Assembly: GCA_047495785.1 (NCBI GenBank)
Contig: JBLDXI010000048.1
Span: forward strand, 744,001 to 808,000
Source of the DNA: Lepidodermella squamata
Lineage: Eukaryota > Animalia > Gastrotricha
Length of the DNA stretch: 64,000 nt
Direction of reading: 5' to 3'
In this document: positions 58,994 to 64,000 of the stretch, in pieces
Layout of the letters: each line of letters starts with the position of its first letter
Numbering within the stretch: the first letter of the stretch is position 1
Translations under genes and position numbers: made by a program
The notes under the pieces: model-generated
Told to the model about the DNA's origin: nothing
Seen by the model: only the letters and a program-made list of their open reading frames with translations
Databases searched by the model: none

Positions 58994-59476
58994 ATGATCC
59001 TCGGAAGTGGCTTGACTGAATTTACTTCTGGCGTAATTTGCGGTCTTGTTAGTGCAGCCGCTTTAATTTCGGCCTACACCTCATGGTCGCCATTAAAGCG
59101 CTTCTTGCCCGACCGCATGCGCCTCGGCATTCTGTCTCTCGCCTGGCTTGGCGGAATCTACTTCGGTTTCACGTGCTGCCCCGGCCAAGGCTGGCTTCAT
59201 TACATAGTGCAAACCTCAACTTCGTTACTGATTTTCGCCTATGCCATGTACATTCATTCGCAGTACATGCAACGCAAACCGCCGGCATTCTTGTGCAGCC
59301 TCCTCGGCGCCGGGTTCCTATTTCACGGCACTTGGGATTTTTTGCTTCATATGAAATTCAAGCCCTGGGATACAACAGTTGAAACCGAGTTCTACGCACC
59401 GTTCTGCTTGGTCTTCGACGTAATCGTCGCCCTGTGGTATTACCTGACCAGGCACGCTGATCGCCATCATGATTAA
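58994..59476 (+). CDS. Intronless small multi-pass membrane protein, resembles bacterial DUF6010 family
   Basis: 160 aa, about 5 TM; motifs IYFGF, GFLFHGTWD, FYAPFCLVFDVIVALW. Family assignment is from memory of the pattern, not searched. Confidence 0.7.
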   Translation: MILGSGLTEFTSGVICGLVSAAALISAYTSWSPLKRFLPDRMRLGILSLAWLGGIYFGFTCCPGQGWLHYIVQTSTSLLIFAYAMYIHSQYMQRKPPAFLCSLLGAGFLFHGTWDFLLHMKFKPWDTTVETEFYAPFCLVFDVIVALWYYLTRHADRHHD

Positions 59477-60157
59477 CGGCACATTTGACATGTCTAGTGA
59501 TCCATTTTGTGGCCAGTAAAACAGTTAAGACTGGATGAATGAGCAAATTATTCGAAAAAGTTCAATGACCTAATTTGATGCTAGTTAAAAGTAATAAACA
59601 AAATTATAAGGCTGCTTGAATGAGCAAATAAGAAGTTTGATCAAAAGAAACAGGTTTCACCTATTCATTGGCAAACTGAATGAACTACAACGCACATTGT
59701 TCGAATGCTGTTGGGGAATTTTGATTCCAAGTATCGAATTTGAAATCGGATCTGTGATTTTTCAGATGTTTCAGCCATTTGGTTAGCTGTAAGAAGTTGC
59801 CGCCTGTCGAGCTCCGCAATTCGTCAATCCCTCAGTGAATACCCAGCTGAAAAGTTCAAACAAGTACCAACTGCGAAGCCCATGCGGGAGCAATTTTTCC
59901 CATGCAATGCAGAGGAGAGAATTCTTCCTCTGAACCTAATTTTTTACTGTGACCAAAGATACAATTAAGATGAACGTAATTGAAGACTGAACTAATACAA
60001 GAGACAAGAAATTCACTGAAAATAAAAGTGATTAGATCAAATCCGCATATGGAAATGAGTTTTACTCTGCTGTAAAATGTTTTGGCTTGGCTGACTAAAT
60101 ATGCACCGAAACTGGAATTATGTTCAGAGCTGGAAATGGCTCGGTGATACTTTCGAA

Positions 60158-60743
60158 TCAGCCGTTTCCGCCCTGACGCTGGCGTTGATAGAACGATTGT
60201 TGGGCTAGGAATCGCTCGAGTCGATCGATGTTCTGCTGCGTGTTCCGTACACTGGCCTCTCGGTTGGCGATTTCGTTCAAGTGGGCTGTGTCCGCGCCAG
60301 CCGGGTTGATGCGATTGGCATCGCGTCGAAGATCAACAATCAGGGTCTGGTGCTGCAATCGCTGGCGGTGAACATCCAGCTGTTGGTTGACTGGCAACCT
60401 ATTGCTGGGCGCTGGCGGAACGCGTCCATCGATCACGTCGCCGTGATACAGGCGGCTGATCATGTTCGCCGTCCGCCGATTGATGGCTTGCGACTCGGGC
60501 GAAGCTGCTGGCAGTGGCTCTGACGGCCGCCGTTGATGAGTCGGAAGCTGCCCGACGGTTTCCGCCAAGCTCTGCGAAGCACCTCGTGGTCGGCCGCTTT
60601 GCGAATTCGGCAGCCTGTAAGGGCTAGAGCGGGCAAAACGAAGCAACAGCGGCTCATCATCGGCAGCTAATGGTTTAAACTATGTGCCGAAGTCAACAAA
60701 TAAAATGATTCCTACCAGTTACTTCCGAGGCGGAGTTATCCAT
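60158..60743 (-). CDS. Orphan 178-aa protein, 2 exons (60743-60716, 60666-60158), disordered N-half and helical/coiled-coil C-half
   Basis: MDNSASEVT|AADDEPLLLRFAR.. joined by a 49-nt phase-1 GT-AG intron; GC-rich open frame. Confidence 0.65.
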
Positions 60744-61136
60744 CGCCCCGCACCAGTGGACTGCGTGGAGCAGTAACAAAAAGCTGTTAACCATTGAAAT
60801 CTTCATTGTTTCCTCGGAGAGCTGGTTTTGTTGTAGCCGCAGTGGGGATGGAAAATATGTGACTTCCATAACCTGCAGTCGGTTAAATAGGCCGGAAATG
60901 TTTTGTCAGGAATCAATTGCTATGCAGCGCGAGACCAGAAATTCGAATTTCAAAAAGCTAATTACAGCTCATTGGAATCAGCTGGTTTCCTGCTTGAATA
61001 ACAAGCTTTGCATAACATGACGCAGAGTGTTGATTTGTCTTCGAACATTCAGGTGTGAATGATCTGTATATAACCACTGAAACACAGAAGCGCAATGCTA
61101 TCTTCGCTTTTCATTGTTAAAGAATCGACTCTGCGA

Positions 61137-62551
61137 ATGGTTTCTTCACATCAACTTGCATTCACCATCGCACTGGCAACAGTTGGCTGGGTGGCGACGG
61201 CTGTGTCCGCTCGATGCATCCACCTGTCAACGCCACCCAATTATGCCGGCTTTTTTGAATTGAAAAATCCATGGAGTTACGGTAATGCCGTTTATCTGGA
61301 CAGGCATCAATTGCGATGCCCACTGGGCATGCACATGTCGCAGTTCCAGCTGCACCGCTCCGGTGTCGTAAATGTCTACTACAAATACGTGTGTTGCGAC
61401 GTATGCTTCATGCACTTTGCTACGAAACATATTGTATTTTATTTATGATTAACAAGGGTGTTAAACAAGACGGATGCCAGCGGAAGCGAAGCGAAAAGAA
61501 CGACAACTATGGCGGCATCGTCTACCTGGACTGCGGTTCGATGCGACAACGATACAGTTCTCACCGAGTTCAAGGTCGCAAGCGGTGATAACATTGGTTA
61601 CTGGAGCCACCTATGGCTTGAATGGGAATGCTGCCCACTTGAGTACCCAATGGCTGGCTGCTCTCAGCTGCACACGGACTGGAACGACTCCGGGCCCGGG
61701 CTGGTTGGCTACCCTCTGGTCGGGTCCAATTTCCAACTCGACCGGCACAACCTTGAGTGTCCCAAGTAAGACCAATACATAATGCAGGGAGAAAAAATTG
61801 ACCACACTCAAGCTAAATTTGTTGATCTGCAGCATTTAATCGAGTATTTTTTTATCTGATAATAACCAAAATGATAATACAATTTTGATCTCTTGTAGAA
61901 CGCGAGGAGCTCTCTTTGGTCCACAAATTAATGACCATCAGTTATCCAATTTTAGAAATTCAACTTTGAATTTATATTCTGACACCAAGCTTGAGTGTTT
62001 TCTCTGGTCATCTTTCTCTACGGATTTGAAAACGTTAAATCTTGATTTACTCTCAAACTAATATCAGTCGCGGCTTCATGACTGGCTTCCAGCTTCAAAC
62101 GCGCTACGGCGACCGCAGTTCATGGATCAGATACGGGTATAATTGCTGCGAAGTTCACCCTATTGTTTGCCAGGCATTCGAACGAGAGAAAAATGTTATG
62201 TCATGCAGCACGTTTGACTCAGAAATCGAGCAGGGATGCGAGTACTCGAAAAGAGTCGGCACGACGAATTCAAAATCGACGTCGAACGGCGGCAGCCAGG
62301 CACATCAGATATCGCTTTCGGTTGGTGCATCGCTGTTCGGCATGTTTTCGTCCCAGATCGGCTACAGCTATACGTCCAGTGTTGATTGGCGCATCGAATC
62401 GTCAGAAACGTTCAGCAGCGAAACCACAATGCGAAGTTCGTTCACATGCCCGCCTCGCACGCTGTGCCAGATGAAGCAGGTTGTTGGCGAGTGTGGCGAC
62501 TACACTGTTCGCACGAGCCATTTCAAGCTGTCCACTCGCCGTATCGTTTGA
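61137..62551 (+). pseudogene. Secreted 3x LDRH-repeat + aerolysin/ETX-MTX2-like pore-forming protein, frameshift at ~61532 (exons 61137-61400, 61457-61765, 62068-62551)
   Basis: TATATAA at 61067; signal peptide; repeats YLDRH.L.C..F.L..Y.Y.CC; Ser/Thr-rich C-domain with hairpin ISLSVGASLFGMFSSQIGYSYT. Repeat 2 reads YLD/AVRC, 5 nt short. Confidence 0.7.
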
Positions 62552-62858
62552 GTTCTCAGTGAATTTGAGCCTCGAGCTAATGGAATGCCCAATGGTTCAG
62601 AGCTATGATCAGTGCGCATCCCCTTCCCAACATTCACATACATATCATGTGCCTTCAACCTATCCTGGTTACAATGAGACATGATATCTTTGTAATATTA
62701 GTAAAATGTGATCACAGTTGGAAGGTTTTTTGAGATAACAAATGGCATCAAACAATGGGATGCAATTTCTCCGCAAAGTTCCCCTTCGTGGACGGTGGAA
62801 CCCCTGTCATGAAATCTTCACTCTTCCGCCTTCGAGTTTCCCAAGCCTGGTGCCTTGT

Positions 62859-62951
62859 GCAACTTTCATTGCTAGTAAATGGAAAATCCTTGTGCTCCTT
62901 GAAGGCAGCGTTGAACACCCAACAAACGGCGCGGTCATTCTCGTCCAACGC
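62859..62951 (-). pseudogene. AKR 3' remnant
   Basis: ALDENDRAVCWVFNAAFKEHKDFPFTSNESC, stop lost. Confidence 0.9.
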
Positions 62952-63729
62952 CATAGATTGATAGAAATTACCTTTGAAGATATTGAAGTAGTGGGCGAGG
63001 AAAGGTAAACTATGCTCAGGGCTGAATGCTAGAAAAATGGGTTGGATGTGCTCAGATTTTCAGAAAATTCTTCAAGCTTGGCGACTTCTGGTTTCCGAAT
63101 TAAAACAGATTTCTTATTAATTTCTTGAATTCTGCCAGTGAGTTCAAGTTCACGCTGCTGATTTACCTCAAGTTCGGGCATAAAATGGCTCGCTGATTAA
63201 ATATTTTTCATTGCATATTTCCCTTTTCTCTTGAATGCTAGTTCTCTTAATAATTTGATTCAAATTTAAAGGGCGGGTTTTAAATCACAAAGCAATTAGG
63301 TATGTTATAACAGAAAAATCAATTTCAAAATACTTAATCAGAAAATTTCAAAATGTTATTGGTAAAAATGCCTGATCTAAAATTCCATATAGCACTATCG
63401 ACAACCTTGATGTGGAAGACCAGTGAACCTGAAAACTTGAAGGAACCTAGTTGACCTTCGAAAAAAGTTTATCAAAATTTTCAAATAATAAAAATGATAA
63501 AAAATTATTAGTTATAATTATTAGTTAAAATGTGGGTCACTCTGATTGCGCTGTTATAAACCTTAATTTTCGAATTTTTTGAAAAAGGTTTTCGAGCAGG
63601 GGTAAAAGAAGATTGTGTTAAAATATTATTATTCCAAAAATACAGATTATTGGGGCATCACAGTGTAATACCGCGGCAAAAAATTCAAGCAAGCATGTAT
63701 ACTGAAAATGGCTGTGGTGGGCATTCACA

Positions 63730-63995
63730 GCCCGAGATCAACTTCTTAGTCGCTCGAGCCATTTCGAGTTGAAAATCTCTAGGAAACAAAACGTTGTTAA
63801 AGAATAAAAATGCTTCAATGGGTGGCGTTATATAGCTTTTAAAATATCTGCCCGACCAATCTGGACAAAAATTGATTCTATGAAATTGCCATCACGGAAA
63901 TATTCGCCATAAATAATACGTGTGCATTGATTAACCGAGTGCGCCGTAGAAAAAAATAGAAGCAGGCCTCAAAATAGGGTGTGAGAAATTCGGCC
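63730..63995 (-). pseudogene. AKR 5' remnant and upstream region (probably the same dead gene as 62859-62951)
   Basis: MARATKKLISG at 63762; AAATCTCTA and AGGGTGTGAGAAATTC match the flank of 51906. Confidence 0.8.
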
Positions 63996-64000
63996 GACCT

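Overview
Gene-dense animal (invertebrate) genomic DNA with short (~50-130 nt) spliceosomal introns; the taxon cannot be fixed from the sequence alone. The backbone is a tandem array of 13 apparently intact aldo-keto reductase (AKR) genes plus at least 4 AKR remnants. Eleven of the 13 end in a conserved terminal x-Ser-Cys-stop. Interleaved with the AKRs are: four divergent Cys-loop ion-channel subunit genes (no ACh-site residues, unusual Pro-1'/Glu2' pore motif, very short M3-M4 loop), a gustatory-receptor-like gene, an RDH-like SDR, two catalytically dead astacin-EGF-CUB-kringle genes with a new-looking Cys-rich tail, and broken kringle/C-type-lectin and PAN-domain genes. The last 12 kb hold a 921-aa signal-peptide-bearing double ankyrin-array protein, an intronless bacterial-looking membrane protein (DUF6010-like, HGT candidate), an orphan gene, and a frameshifted aerolysin-like toxin gene with three LDRH repeats. 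Mobile DNA includes a Ginger/KRBA2-type integrase element, Harbinger-, Tc1/pogo- and hAT-type MITEs with visible TSDs, a LINE RT relic and a foldback element with outward-facing tRNA-like boxes. The strongest candidate for an undescribed system is the co-duplicating locus of putative chemoreceptors and carbonyl-reducing enzymes; its function is inferred, not shown. Exon structures were read by eye from GT/AG sites and paralog comparison, and no database searches were run.
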